In this document: piece by piece, positions 31,279 to 40,737 of the stretch
How the letters are laid out: every line of letters starts with the position of its first letter
Numbering within the stretch: the first letter of the stretch is position 1
Assembly (NCBI GenBank): GCA_963847625.1
Contig: CAWKAR010000033.1
Coordinates: 1-64,000 of the forward strand
Length of the DNA: 64,000 bases
Direction of reading: 5' to 3'
Source: a candidate division FCPU426 bacterium
GTDB taxonomy: Bacteria; Oederibacteriota; Muellerivitia; Muellerivitales; Muellerivitaceae
Position numbers and translations under genes: made by a program
Notes under the pieces: model-generated
What the model was told of the DNA's origin: nothing
Database searches by the model: none
Seen by the model: only the letters and a program-made list of their open reading frames with translations

Positions 31279-31977
31279 CTATTTGTAGAGGAAAAGGGTC
31301 AGGTCCAGGGGATGGTAGTGGTCCAGGAGATGGACCCGCGAGACGCCCAGCTTCCGGCCGAAGGCAACCAGGTCCCGCCCCCGCACCATGAAGCGGTCCG
31401 GCTCGCGCAAACCCGCCTCGGCGTTCAAAATGTTGAAGGCCACAGCTTTTTTCGTCTGCCTCAGGACGGAGGCCAGAAGTTCCCGCATGTATTTCCAATT
31501 GTCCCGCACTCGCACGTTGAACACCCCGGACAGGAAGGAATAGTCGAAGGTCCTCACTGGAAAAGGGTGCGCCAGGATCACGCGGGCCTCGAAGTGGGCC
31601 TCGGGATAAAGCTGACGGGCTTCGCGGATCACATTGGGAAAGAGATCGACGCCTGTGTAATCAAGGGACAAGCCTTTTTTCTGGAGGTAACCCCAGAAGG
31701 CCCCCAAGCCGCAGCCCAGGTCCAGGACTTTACAGCCTTCCAAAGGGCCGATGGAGGAAAGCGCGTCGAAACGGACCTGCTGGCTTTCCGGTGTTTGCCA
31801 GCCCACCCTCTGTTCGGGCGATTGGTACCGGGAAAGCTGGGAAGAGTAAAAGCGCTCCAGAGACTTCAGATCCTCCGCGGAAAAACCTGGGAAATCCGCC
31901 AATTGAAAGGGACCGACCTGGGTGGCGCCGGGGCCATGAGGAAGGCGTTTCAAGGGTTTGAAAGCCGGTGGTTTCAT
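31279..31977 (-). CDS. Class I SAM-dependent methyltransferase
   Basis: VLDLGCGLG, YTGVD, SGVFN. Confidence 0.9.
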   Translation of the reverse strand: MKPPAFKPLKRLPHGPGATQVGPFQLADFPGFSAEDLKSLERFYSSQLSRYQSPEQRVGWQTPESQQVRFDALSSIGPLEGCKVLDLGCGLGAFWGYLQKKGLSLDYTGVDLFPNVIREARQLYPEAHFEARVILAHPFPVRTFDYSFLSGVFNVRVRDNWKYMRELLASVLRQTKKAVAFNILNAEAGLREPDRFMVRGRDLVAFGRKLGVSRVHLLDHYHPLDLTLFLYK

Positions 31978-32025
31978 GGCCTTTATTGTATCCGCTCAGG
32001 CCAAGCTAAAGCAAAGCCCGAAAAC

Positions 32026-32859
32026 CTAGCTGGAAAAGTCCGTGAAAAACCGGACGGTGGTTTGGGCGGCCTCCACCAGAACCGGGGGAGGTTGGGTAAA
32101 GGGATGGGACGCCTTGAACTTGTGGTCGGCCCCGGCCAGGATGGCCAGGTGGGAATGGGGGTGGATAGCCGCCAGGCTCTCGGACTCATCGGGGGATACG
32201 CTCGCGTCCTCCGAACCGTGGACGAATAGCACCGGAATCTCCAGGCGGTTCAGGTACGCCGGAATGTCCCCTTCCTTCCCCCAATTCTCCGCGTCTTCCA
32301 GGAAATCCAGGGAGTACCTCAGGGCTTGCCCGGTCCGGGAACTCTCGGTGGACGTGAACCCCTCCTTCCGCCAGGCTTGCCTGGCCTCGTAGAAATATCG
32401 GTTCACGCGGGAAATGGTGGCCCAGGTCGCCACACCCTTTACCGCGGGGCATTGCCCCGCGGCCAGGAGGCAGACCCCGCCGCCCCTGGAATGGCCCCAG
32501 ATGAACAAATCCTTTTGCGGGGGAAGACGGGAATCCAATCCTCCCTGTTCCAGGCGTGACACCACCGCGTGGAGGTCCTCCACTTGCCGGGTGATGGTGT
32601 CCTTCTCGAAATTTTCCATTTCCTGGAAGGGCCCGTCCTTGGCGCTTCCCATGCCGGAGCCTGAGAAGTTGAACCGCAACACGGGAAACCCCGCCTGGGC
32701 GAAAAAGGCCGAAAGCCATGGGAAAAAGGCCCAATCCTTGAAGCCGAGGAAGCCGTGCGCCATCACGATAGCGGGGCCCGATATTTTTCCCGGCAGTTCC
32801 AGGGTGGCCCAGAGCTTGCGCTTTTGGGGGCCCTCCAGGGGGAAATCGGAAACGCTCAT
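32026..32859 (-). CDS. Alpha/beta hydrolase
   Basis: HGF.GFKDW, GHSRGG nucleophile elbow, HGSED, GADH. Confidence 0.9.
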   Translation of the reverse strand: MSVSDFPLEGPQKRKLWATLELPGKISGPAIVMAHGFLGFKDWAFFPWLSAFFAQAGFPVLRFNFSGSGMGSAKDGPFQEMENFEKDTITRQVEDLHAVVSRLEQGGLDSRLPPQKDLFIWGHSRGGGVCLLAAGQCPAVKGVATWATISRVNRYFYEARQAWRKEGFTSTESSRTGQALRYSLDFLEDAENWGKEGDIPAYLNRLEIPVLFVHGSEDASVSPDESESLAAIHPHSHLAILAGADHKFKASHPFTQPPPVLVEAAQTTVRFFTDFSS

Positions 32860-32899
32860 GACCTTCCTTTGAAGGTTCGGGCGTCGGAGTTGTAGCCGT

Positions 32900-33316
32900 T
32901 CATTTTTTCAGCAGGTCCCGGATTTCCTCCAGCAGCACTTCCTGCTTGGGAGGGGCTGGGGCCGCCGCCGGAGCGTCGTCCGCCTTGCGGTGCAGGGAGT
33001 TGATGCCCTTGATCATCAAGAAGACCGCGAAGGCGATAATGGTGAAATCCACCAGGGACTGCAGGAAGTTACCGAGATTGATGGTCACCGCCGCGTGGGT
33101 AAGGTTTCCGGCGGCGTCCAGCAACGGCGCGCTGAGGTGGATCTTGATGTCGGTGAAATTGATGCCGCCGATCAGGTATCCCAGGGGAGGCATGAGCAGG
33201 TCCGATACCAGCGAGGAAACCACCTTCCCGAAAGCCCCTCCGATGATGATCCCGACCGCCAGGTCGAGCATGTTGCCCTTCAACGCAAATTCCTTGAACT
33301 CCTTCATTAAGCCCAT
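32900..33316 (-). CDS. mscL: Large-conductance mechanosensitive channel
   Basis: [37 protein letters not shown]. Confidence 0.97.
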   Translation of the reverse strand: MGLMKEFKEFALKGNMLDLAVGIIIGGAFGKVVSSLVSDLLMPPLGYLIGGINFTDIKIHLSAPLLDAAGNLTHAAVTINLGNFLQSLVDFTIIAFAVFLMIKGINSLHRKADDAPAAAPAPPKQEVLLEEIRDLLKK

Positions 33317-33380
33317 AACAACCTCCTTATTATTTAAGGTAAATATCCCTTTACAACAAGTAAAAGCAAAAAGACATGGA

Positions 33381-33552
33381 ACCGCCGATCAAATCCGATG
33401 TCCCGCATCTCAATAAAGGAGTTAATGGATTGCGGGACAATACCACTTTCATTTGAAATCCTTTCAATAGTGAAGTGGCATGGACGCCGATAAGTTTGAG
33501 AAAGCTTTAAAGTATAAGCCATTATCGGCGTTAATCGGTCGTTATCTGCGGT
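33381..33552. repeat. Nested inverted-repeat element
   Basis: ACCGCCGAT/ATCTGCGGT outer arms; perfect inner ACGCCGATAA (33484)/TTATCGGCGT (33522). Confidence 0.55.
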
Positions 33553-33603
33553 AAATAAATTTCTTTACGTGTCGTGAAGGTATAGTCACCTTATTTTAAT
33601 CAT

Positions 33604-33996
33604 TCATTCCAAACCCCTGGCCTCCAATTCGTCCTCGGAGAACCCGAAATAATGGCCCAATTCGTGCAGGAGGGTTTTGCGGATCTCCCGCTTGAGTTCC
33701 CTTTCACCGTTGCAACTATCCCTCAGGCATTCCTCGAAGAGGATGATCCGGTCGGGGAATTCCCGGTCCTGCCCCAGGGGCCTTTCCTTCAGGCTGAAGC
33801 CCTCGAACAGACCCAGCAGGTCCTCGTCCTGCTCCATTTCAGAGTCTGACAACTGCCGGGGGCTGGGCCGGGGCTGGACCACGATTTGCACCGTGCCGAG
33901 CGCGGCCTTCAGGTCGGGAGGAAGGCCTTCCAGGGTTTCCGCGATTACCCCGTCAAAGAGTTCCTGGTCCCGCTTGTTTTTTTCCTGTTTTGCCAA
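33604..33996 (-). CDS. Zincin-like minimal metallopeptidase (DUF1025-like)
   Basis: LLGLFEG, PDRIILF, TLLHELGHYFG (HExxH). Confidence 0.9.
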   Translation of the reverse strand: MAKQEKNKRDQELFDGVIAETLEGLPPDLKAALGTVQIVVQPRPSPRQLSDSEMEQDEDLLGLFEGFSLKERPLGQDREFPDRIILFEECLRDSCNGERELKREIRKTLLHELGHYFGFSEDELEARGLE

Positions 33997-34080
33997 TGCT
34001 GTTGGGCTCCGTCCCCAGGCGCTCAGAGAAGGTTATAGATGAGTAAAGAATAGAATGTTGAGAGCGGGCCAAGAAAAATT

Positions 34081-34344
34081 TTATTCATAATGAGTCCACA
34101 TTCGCTCGACAAAGACCCTGTGATTTTTCTTATCGACTTGGTAAACCAAACGGTGTTGGAAATTGATGCGCCTTGAATAAAACCCTTCGAGTTCACCGAC
34201 CAGCTTTTCGTAGGGGGGATAGGGTGCAAAGGGATCTTTTTCCAGGATATCCAACAAATCATCAGCTTTTTTTTGAAGCCCCGAACGTTTCAATTTAACG
34301 GCGTCTTTCCGGGCGGCTTTGTTGAAAAAAAGCTGCCAAGTCAC
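34081..34344 (-). CDS. yoeB: Txe/YoeB family toxin
   Basis: EKLVGELEGFYSRRINFQHRLVY..WTHYE. Confidence 0.92.
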   Translation of the reverse strand: MTWQLFFNKAARKDAVKLKRSGLQKKADDLLDILEKDPFAPYPPYEKLVGELEGFYSRRINFQHRLVYQVDKKNHRVFVERMWTHYE

Positions 34345-34583
34345 CAGGGGCGCTTTTTGGAATAGGATTTAAGGGGGGATTTTTTGGCCTTGAGCAGTGA
34401 TTCCTTCATTCCCGGGACGCTCAAGAGATGGAGGGTTTCCTGCATGGCGCGAAAATCATCCTCCGAGATCAATACGCCGTTTTGACGGCGGCCGGTGATC
34501 TGGATGGGTTCATGGGATTGGGCGGCCTGGTCCAGGAGCTTGAATAGGTTGGCCCTTGCTTGGGTTGCGGTTAATGTGGTCAT
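34341..34583 (-). CDS. yefM: Phd/YefM antitoxin
   Basis: TATQARANLFKLLD..I.IT..VLISE..QETLHLL. Confidence 0.92.
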   Translation of the reverse strand: MTTLTATQARANLFKLLDQAAQSHEPIQITGRRQNGVLISEDDFRAMQETLHLLSVPGMKESLLKAKKSPLKSYSKKRPW

Positions 34584-34602
34584 GTCGACCTCCGTTCATA
34601 AG

Positions 34603-34620
34603 TGTACGTGATAACGTACA
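34603..34620. promoter_or_regulatory. Probable YefM-YoeB autoregulatory operator
   Basis: Perfect IR TGTACGT-gata-ACGTACA upstream of the antitoxin gene. Confidence 0.7.
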
Positions 34621-34680
34621 TGTAGTCAAGTTCCATTGAAAAGCAACTTGTAATGGGATGAACCGGCGTGGGTCGGTTAT

Positions 34681-34785
34681 AGGATCGAGGGCGGCCTTCA
34701 AGTCGGGAGGCAATTCTTCGAGGACTTCCGAGATAACCCGGTCTAAAAGACCTTTGCCCCTTTGTTTCTTTTCACGCTCGGACAT
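34681..34785 (-). pseudogene. Truncated second 5' end of the metallopeptidase gene
   Basis: MSEREKK..VISEVLEELPPDLKAAL versus MAKQEKN..VIAETLEGLPPDLKAAL. Confidence 0.75.
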
Positions 34786-34821
34786 GATACCCCCGCGGGA
34801 GCAAAGTGAACCGGGTTTTTG

Positions 34822-35706
34822 TCAGAGCAGGGAATAAGCGAAGCCGATCCCCAGGGTTTCCTTGATCTGCAATCCGCAATAAAACACCGGATCGTAACGG
34901 TAGTCGTTCTCGATGTTCAGGCTGATGATTTTGCTCAGGCTCACCGCCAGCAGGTTGTCCCATTCCGCCACGGTCTTGTCCAGGCCCCTGCCGTTCCAGA
35001 ACATGTCCAGCTTGGAGGTGAAATTGGAAATGGAGGACAATTTCCAATTCAACTCGGAAACCCAGCTCAAGCCCGTCTCGGTCAATTCATTCTGGACGGC
35101 CCCCGTGTCGGGGTTGACCGTGTAGATGTAATCGAACTTGTTGGCCACCGTCTCCTTGAAGGCGAAGCCCAGCCGGGTGTTGAAGGCGGGCCCGGGAATG
35201 TATTTCAAGCCGGCGCTTTCGGTGAAGTATCCCGGGTCCAGGAAACCCGAGGTCGACGGGGCGGGGGTCTTGGAATAGTCGTAGCCCGTGTCGAATTGGG
35301 ACTTGGCGGAAAGGGCCGCGAAGGGGTTCACCTGGGCCCAGGTCTTCCAGGAGTAAACGCTCTCCAGGTCGATGTTGTCCTCCGACTTGCGGGTGCCCAG
35401 GGTCTGCATGTAGGTCAACCCGTACTCCAGTTTCAGGGTGTTGAGCCAGTTGACGGAGGCGTTGTCGTGTTCCAGCTTGCAGTTCAAGTCGCCCTGCCAG
35501 GAAAAGAAGTTGTTCCCGCCCTGCCCCCAGTTGCTGAAGGACCCCTGGTTCAGGTTCAGGCTGGAAACCACCTGCTTCTTCCAGGCGTCCTGCTGGGAGA
35601 CCGGGGCGGTCGCCGCCGGGGTGGCCTCGGTCTTGGCATCGTCCGCCCAAAGGCGCAGGGGGATTGCCAGGCCTATTGCGATTAACACGAACATAAAGCG
35701 TTTCAT
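34822..35706 (-). CDS. DUF3078-like outer-membrane beta-barrel
   Basis: Signal peptide, NQGSFSNW.QGG, RKSED.IDL, terminal GIGFAYSLL; AGGAG RBS before ATG 35706. Confidence 0.85.
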   Translation of the reverse strand: MKRFMFVLIAIGLAIPLRLWADDAKTEATPAATAPVSQQDAWKKQVVSSLNLNQGSFSNWGQGGNNFFSWQGDLNCKLEHDNASVNWLNTLKLEYGLTYMQTLGTRKSEDNIDLESVYSWKTWAQVNPFAALSAKSQFDTGYDYSKTPAPSTSGFLDPGYFTESAGLKYIPGPAFNTRLGFAFKETVANKFDYIYTVNPDTGAVQNELTETGLSWVSELNWKLSSISNFTSKLDMFWNGRGLDKTVAEWDNLLAVSLSKIISLNIENDYRYDPVFYCGLQIKETLGIGFAYSLL

Positions 35707-35844
35707 AAGGGCTCCTTGGTTTGGGAATGGCCTCTGGTAAAAGCGGTATGATTCTAACATTAAGCAAGTTCTTTGGGCTATTAGCCGATTCTGGGTCCCA
35801 CAGTTTTACCCGTGGATATCTATAAAATTGATGGATAGTTATCC

Positions 35845-36159
35845 GCGACAGAGGGCCCCTTTGGATAAGGTGCTTAGAAATCTCGAAATTAGTTTGAATT
35901 TGGATCGATCAACGGGATAAGGTTGGTTTTTGGTTTGAGGTGTTTGGGCGGGCTTAAAGTGATGAATGTTGGCCAGGCACCTTTGTTTGCGACAGAGGGC
36001 CCCTTTGGATAAGGTGCTAAGAAATCTCGAAATTAGTTTGAGTTTGAATCGAACATCGGGGGAAGGTAGGTTTTTTGGCTTGAAGTTGTTGGGGCGGGCT
36101 TAAAGTGATGAATGTTCACTGCCACCCGCTGCGGTGCGGGGGGCCAGGCACCTTTGTTT
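35845..36159 (+). repeat. Diverged tandem duplication, period 144 bp; the second copy has 25 extra bp of hairpin
   Basis: GCGACAGAGGGCCCCTTTGGATAAGGTGCT at 35845 and 35989; both copies end GGCCAGGCACCTTTGTTTG. Confidence 0.9.
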
Positions 36160-36657
36160 GTTAGATTTTTAGGGTATTTTTTTCAAATATTTAACTACAT
36201 TATCCAACAGGTCCATCATTGTTGAACCAAAAAAATCCTCAGCAATAACTGGCAATTGCGTGAGCATAACACCCGGATCAGAGTTTAAAATCATATTAGG
36301 AATTGTTGCGTTTCTCCCTTGATACAGCGCACCCGCTAAATAGCTGATACTATCGCGAAAACTTTCTGGATAAGAATCCGTCCGCCCAATCAATAGTTGT
36401 GAAGAATTTTTCATTTTTCCAACCTTTTCAAACTCTTCTGCCAAATATTTTCTGGCTAAATCGAATCTATTAATAAAAATATTTCTTTGCACATCGGGGA
36501 TTAAAGGAGATTTGAACACCATTGTTTTAATTAGCGACAAAAAACAAGCTGTGGTTTCAAAAAGAAGAATATCATTCGAGATTTCTCCAAGGCATGTTTC
36601 GAATTTCTTCGCTGAGCTTATATAAATTAAAAATTCAAAAGCTGATTTCTGAGAGTG

Positions 36658-37710
36658 CCGAATTCACGGAGTAAGTGCAACACTTCGCCGGAAGACTTCC
36701 GCCGGAGTTTTAAAGCCCAAACATTTCCTGGGCCTGTTATTGAGCCATCTTTCTATGGTCCTGAATTCTTTGAAGGACACTTTAGCAAGATCAGTCTTTT
36801 TAGGCAAATGGCGGCGGACAAGACCGATAGTATTTTCCACCGTACCTTTTTCCCAACTGTGGAAAGGGGCGCAGAAAAAGGATTTTGTACCAAGCACGTG
36901 GTTGGTTTCCAAGTGGTTGGTGTTTTCGGTTCCGTTGTCATAGGTCAGACTCAGGCGGGCGTCTTGAGGGAAGCGGCATAAAGCGCGGTTGAGGCTATGA
37001 CTCATTTGGCGAGCGGTCTTTCGTTTGAGCTTTCCCAACTTGGAAAAACGGCTTTGACGCTCGACGAGAGCCCGCATAGCCACTTTACTCTGACGAGAGA
37101 CCATGGTGTCGGTTTCCCAATGGCCGAATTGCTTGCGTTGATTGGCGATCTCGGAGCGCTTATCGATGGAAACACGGCCTGGGATATGGTTTTTGGCGTG
37201 CTTACGGCTATGGCCAAATGAGAATCGTCGCCGGTGGTGTCGAACTAGGCAAGGAATCAGCTCAGTGGCTTCAGCATAAACCCACTGATAGATAGCTTCA
37301 GGACCAATGGTTTGCTTAGGCCGTAGGTGACCTAATCGACCTGAAATGAGTTCTGGAGACCAGCCTCGTTTCAATTGACGACGGACGTAGGCACGAATTC
37401 GTTTTGTTTTCAGGCGTAAACGGCGTGCTCGTTGTTGGTTGCGGTCAACATACCGTTGATGGGCTCGATGAGAAAGATAATAACCAGAACGGATAGGGGG
37501 AGCATTGCGCTTGAGTTCCCTGGAGAGGGTGGAAGGAGACCTCTTCAAGGCGCGTGAAATTGCTCGAAGGCTAAGACCCTTTCCTTTCAAGACGGATAAA
37601 TGATCTCTTTCTTCAACGCTTAAATGCTTGTATTTCTTTTTCATAGCCGCATATCCTATTCATGCGGCCTTCTTCAGACACTAAGTGTTGCACTTACTTA
37701 TGGAACTCGG
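36658..37710 (-). mobile_element. IS30-family element
   Basis: 28-bp imperfect IRs CCGARTTC-N4-AGTAAGTGCAACACTT around a transposase. Confidence 0.93.
36664..37644 (-). CDS. IS30 transposase
   Basis: N-terminal HTH, GHWETDT, TYDNGTE, WEKGTVEN, LNNRPRKCL. Confidence 0.95.
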   Translation of the reverse strand: MKKKYKHLSVEERDHLSVLKGKGLSLRAISRALKRSPSTLSRELKRNAPPIRSGYYLSHRAHQRYVDRNQQRARRLRLKTKRIRAYVRRQLKRGWSPELISGRLGHLRPKQTIGPEAIYQWVYAEATELIPCLVRHHRRRFSFGHSRKHAKNHIPGRVSIDKRSEIANQRKQFGHWETDTMVSRQSKVAMRALVERQSRFSKLGKLKRKTARQMSHSLNRALCRFPQDARLSLTYDNGTENTNHLETNHVLGTKSFFCAPFHSWEKGTVENTIGLVRRHLPKKTDLAKVSFKEFRTIERWLNNRPRKCLGFKTPAEVFRRSVALTP

Positions 37711-37819
37711 GTTCACTATAACACCCCCAAACAATAGTTCTATAAAGAGCTAAGCAATGGAAAAACGTACTCCTTGTTCTCAATCAGGTGAATATTATCC
37801 GATCGGACCTAAATAAATT

Positions 37820-38392
37820 TTATAAAATTATCCCACCTCTTTCCTCGACCTTAAAACGTTTCAAAGCCTCTCGCGCTGTATTCTTTGAGTTATATATCTC
37901 ATTTCCAAGTCCTAAAAATATTTTCTTATATCCTTCATCCTTAAGAAATTCCGGGTGTTCTATAAACAACCAAACATTAAATATTTTTAATTGATGCGAT
38001 AATTTTCCTCCTAACATCAAAAACATTTGAATGGCATCAAATAGATAAATCTCAGTAATATTTAATGGAAATTCTAATTTTTTATCCCCATCTTTATTTG
38101 CGTGTTTGAAAAAATTTTGATGGGCATTGATAGCATCTAGCAATACCTTGCGGTATTCAGGACGGATTCTATCAGAATCTTTTATTAGGCTATGAATACC
38201 TTTCTTTTTACCAAGATCATGAAGTATTCCGTGCGCCGCTCCAACAAGTGTGTGGATTGATACTTCATTACCATCATTGAAAAATAATTCGATGGCTGTT
38301 TCTAATTGTTGATACGCCGCATCCATTTTGCTAATAATTGATTTCGGATGTCTTACATCTTTAATATCCTTATTTTCATCAGGGATATTCAA
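37820..38392 (-). CDS. AT-rich hypothetical protein
   Basis: GGAGG RBS before TTG 38392; SK.DAA..QL.TAI.LFF and NFFKHA motifs. Confidence 0.75.
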   Translation of the reverse strand: MNIPDENKDIKDVRHPKSIISKMDAAYQQLETAIELFFNDGNEVSIHTLVGAAHGILHDLGKKKGIHSLIKDSDRIRPEYRKVLLDAINAHQNFFKHANKDGDKKLEFPLNITEIYLFDAIQMFLMLGGKLSHQLKIFNVWLFIEHPEFLKDEGYKKIFLGLGNEIYNSKNTAREALKRFKVEERGGIIL

Positions 38393-38416
38393 AACATCCT
38401 CCGCTTTAATAAAAGT

Positions 38417-38471
38417 AAGGGTCAGGCCACCCGCGCTGCAGCGGGTGGCAGGGAACATTCATTGCTTTAAG
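38417..38471. repeat. REP-like hairpin repeat; other copies at 36099-36154 (inverted) and 40530-40585
   Basis: GGGTCAGGCCACCCGC-gctgca-GCGGGTGGCAG-(G/TT)GAAYATTCA conserved among copies. Confidence 0.8.
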
Positions 38472-38614
38472 TCTTTAAGTCATTCGGGGTCTTGCAACAA
38501 ACCTGGGGCCTTGATAGCCGTTTAATCGAGCCTATCTTCTTTCAGGATGTTGAGAAGGTAAACCGCGCCGGCAACATTTTCAAAAATAATATATTTTTCC
38601 TTTAGCAAATTTCT

Positions 38615-38995
38615 TCAGTTTACCCAACTTCCCGGATATAGAAACCTATTTAAAACTCCATTAAAAATATATAAAATTATCCAAACAATCCCCACTAACA
38701 ACCAAAGCAATAATTTTGGCCGATTTCTTTCCCACGCAATTAAAAACAACCAGACCAAATTAACAAAAAACATCGGTATAAGTATTAGAAGTGTCAAAGC
38801 TCCTCCCATAAAATTTTCACCAGTCGTCATCATCCACGCCTGGCCACCACCAAATACTTCAACTTTCATGGGATGAATATTTCGGAAAACAATGAAAACA
38901 CCTATTAACCCAATAAAATTAACAATAAGCCATGACAAGGATTTCTTTGCTTCGGCGACCAACTCGCTTGAATCACATTTCAATGGTAATTTCAT
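38615..38995 (-). CDS. AT-rich small membrane protein (about 3 TM)
   Basis: Hydrophobic segments; AAGGA RBS. Confidence 0.65.
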   Translation of the reverse strand: MKLPLKCDSSELVAEAKKSLSWLIVNFIGLIGVFIVFRNIHPMKVEVFGGGQAWMMTTGENFMGGALTLLILIPMFFVNLVWLFLIAWERNRPKLLLWLLVGIVWIILYIFNGVLNRFLYPGSWVN

Positions 38996-39127
38996 TTTTC
39001 ATTCCTTGGAAAAAAGATAGCATGTATGGGCCAGCAACCTACGTAGTAGCTTTGATCAATAGTAGCTGATCAAAATAACGCGGGTTGCTCCTGGTAAGGA
39101 GCCTATCCGCATACGGAGGGCTGACCC

Positions 39128-40234
39128 ATGGGAAATAATAGCACGGTGGTAGGGCTGGATGTTCATAAGGAAACGATCACGATTGCAGTTTTAAGGCCCG
39201 ACAAGGATCGTCCTGATCCCTCGGTTACGGTTGAAAATCAGCCATCAATCATTGAAAAGAAAGTACGGGAACTTAATCGCCGCCATGCCCCACTGGAATT
39301 CGTTTATGAGGCTGGGCCTGGGGGATTTGCTTTGTATAGGCAGATTACCCAATTGGGACACCCTTGTGCGGTGATTGCGCCCGCATGGATGCCGATGAAA
39401 CCTGGGGACCGAGTCAAGACGGACCGAAAGGACGCAGAAAAGCTGTCTTGGTATTGGCGCATGAGGGATTTGAAAGAAGTCCGGGTACCCACGCCCGAAG
39501 AAGAATCCGTGAGGGATTTGCTGCGTGTCCGGGAAGATGTTCTCGCAAACCAGTTGAGAGCCCGTCATCGGTTATTGAAATTCCTGCTTAGGCAAGGCCG
39601 GATTTATCGGGGTGGCAAACACTGGACCCAAGCCCATAGGGAATGGTTGAGACACCAGAAGTTTGAGCTGCCAAATCTCGTAAAGACCTATGAAGCGAAT
39701 TACCGAATTTTGGCTGAGATTGACGTGCACTTGGCTGATTTGAATTGTGAAGTTGAATTGCTGGCACAAGACGAGAAATATCGAATTGCTGTCAGCTATT
39801 TGAAATGCCTGAAAGGCGTTAACACACTCACGGCCATGACTTTATTAGCAGAAAGCGGAGATTTCAGGCGGTTTAAAAACGCCCGCAGTTATATGCGATA
39901 TACGGGAATGGTCAGTTGGGAAGACAGCACCGGAAGCCATGTTTACCGGGGCGGGATTGTCAAATCCGGAAATGCCCATTTGAGGCGAGTGCTAGTCCAA
40001 GGGGCATGGACCTATCAGCTACGAAGCCTTGGGAGTCCAACACTCGCTAAACGGAGAAAAGGTTGTCCCCCGGAAGTTATACATTTAGCACGAAAAGCTG
40101 ATGAACGTTTGCATTTGAAGTTTCGGCGGATGGTAAGCCGAAACAAACGGTCTCAGGTGGCGGTAGTGGCCATCGCACGGGAATTGGCTGGCTTTATCTG
40201 GGCGATTGGACAGATGATCCCATCCGATCAGTAA
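39128..40234 (+). CDS. IS110 DEDD recombinase
   Basis: GLDVHK, YEAG, KTDRKDA; Tnp20 region with EDSTG and K.GN.HLR. Confidence 0.95.
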   Translation: MGNNSTVVGLDVHKETITIAVLRPDKDRPDPSVTVENQPSIIEKKVRELNRRHAPLEFVYEAGPGGFALYRQITQLGHPCAVIAPAWMPMKPGDRVKTDRKDAEKLSWYWRMRDLKEVRVPTPEEESVRDLLRVREDVLANQLRARHRLLKFLLRQGRIYRGGKHWTQAHREWLRHQKFELPNLVKTYEANYRILAEIDVHLADLNCEVELLAQDEKYRIAVSYLKCLKGVNTLTAMTLLAESGDFRRFKNARSYMRYTGMVSWEDSTGSHVYRGGIVKSGNAHLRRVLVQGAWTYQLRSLGSPTLAKRRKGCPPEVIHLARKADERLHLKFRRMVSRNKRSQVAVVAIARELAGFIWAIGQMIPSDQ

Positions 40235-40262
40235 TAGATCCGATGAGAAGAAAAAGAAGGAC

Positions 40263-40464
40263 GAGCTCTGATTTCAGGAGCGTGGCGCGGCACGGAGAAC
40301 CCTCGACGACCCCTTGTGCAATGAAGTCTTATTTCATGACGCACGGACAAAGATCGAGGCAGCTCCCGACGACAGGTCATCATGCGTCCCTGCCCTTTGG
40401 GGTAATACGCGAATATCAGTTTGATCAACCGTCGGAAATGGCTACGCTCTTGGAATCAGGGCTC
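40263..40464 (+). ncRNA. Predicted bridge/seekRNA of the IS110 element
   Basis: 21-bp closing stem (40263-83/40444-64) around two internal-loop hairpins whose loop strands match the target and donor junctions. Confidence 0.8.
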
Positions 40465-40737
40465 TGTCGTGCTGGTCCGTGAAAAGACCAACACCCTAGA
40501 ATCTGAAGGTTGACTGGCCCATACATATCAGGGGTCAGGCCATCCGCTCCGCAGCGTGTGGCAGTTGAATATTCAACATTTTATTAATTGAACCTAACTT
40601 CTTACAGTTTATTGTTGAGCCTTTAAACCGCACCAACCCCGTAAGCGTCAACGCGGGGCCGTAGGCGCTGGCGTGGCTGGGACATTCTGGGCGGCTTGTT
40701 CCTGGGGGGTGGCCTCCATCCCGGCCGGCTCGCCCCC

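Larger units (their letters stand above)
36169..37716 (-). pseudogene. AT-rich hypothetical gene interrupted after codon 2 by IS30
   Basis: Frame is open from 36169 to the IS end; GTG AAC with an upstream GGGGGTG lies beyond the IS; removing the IS restores the frame. Confidence 0.7.
39017..40531 (+). mobile_element. IS110 family, IS1111 subgroup element
   Basis: Sub-terminal IRs ATGTATGGGCCAG(T)CAACCT at 39022-39040 and 40507-40526; AG core at both junctions; long 3' non-coding end. Confidence 0.93.

Noticed and set aside
36169..38995. Classical integron cassette array
   Set aside because: No intI, and the repeats lack the RYYYAAC..GTTRRRY attC ends; one copy is inverted.
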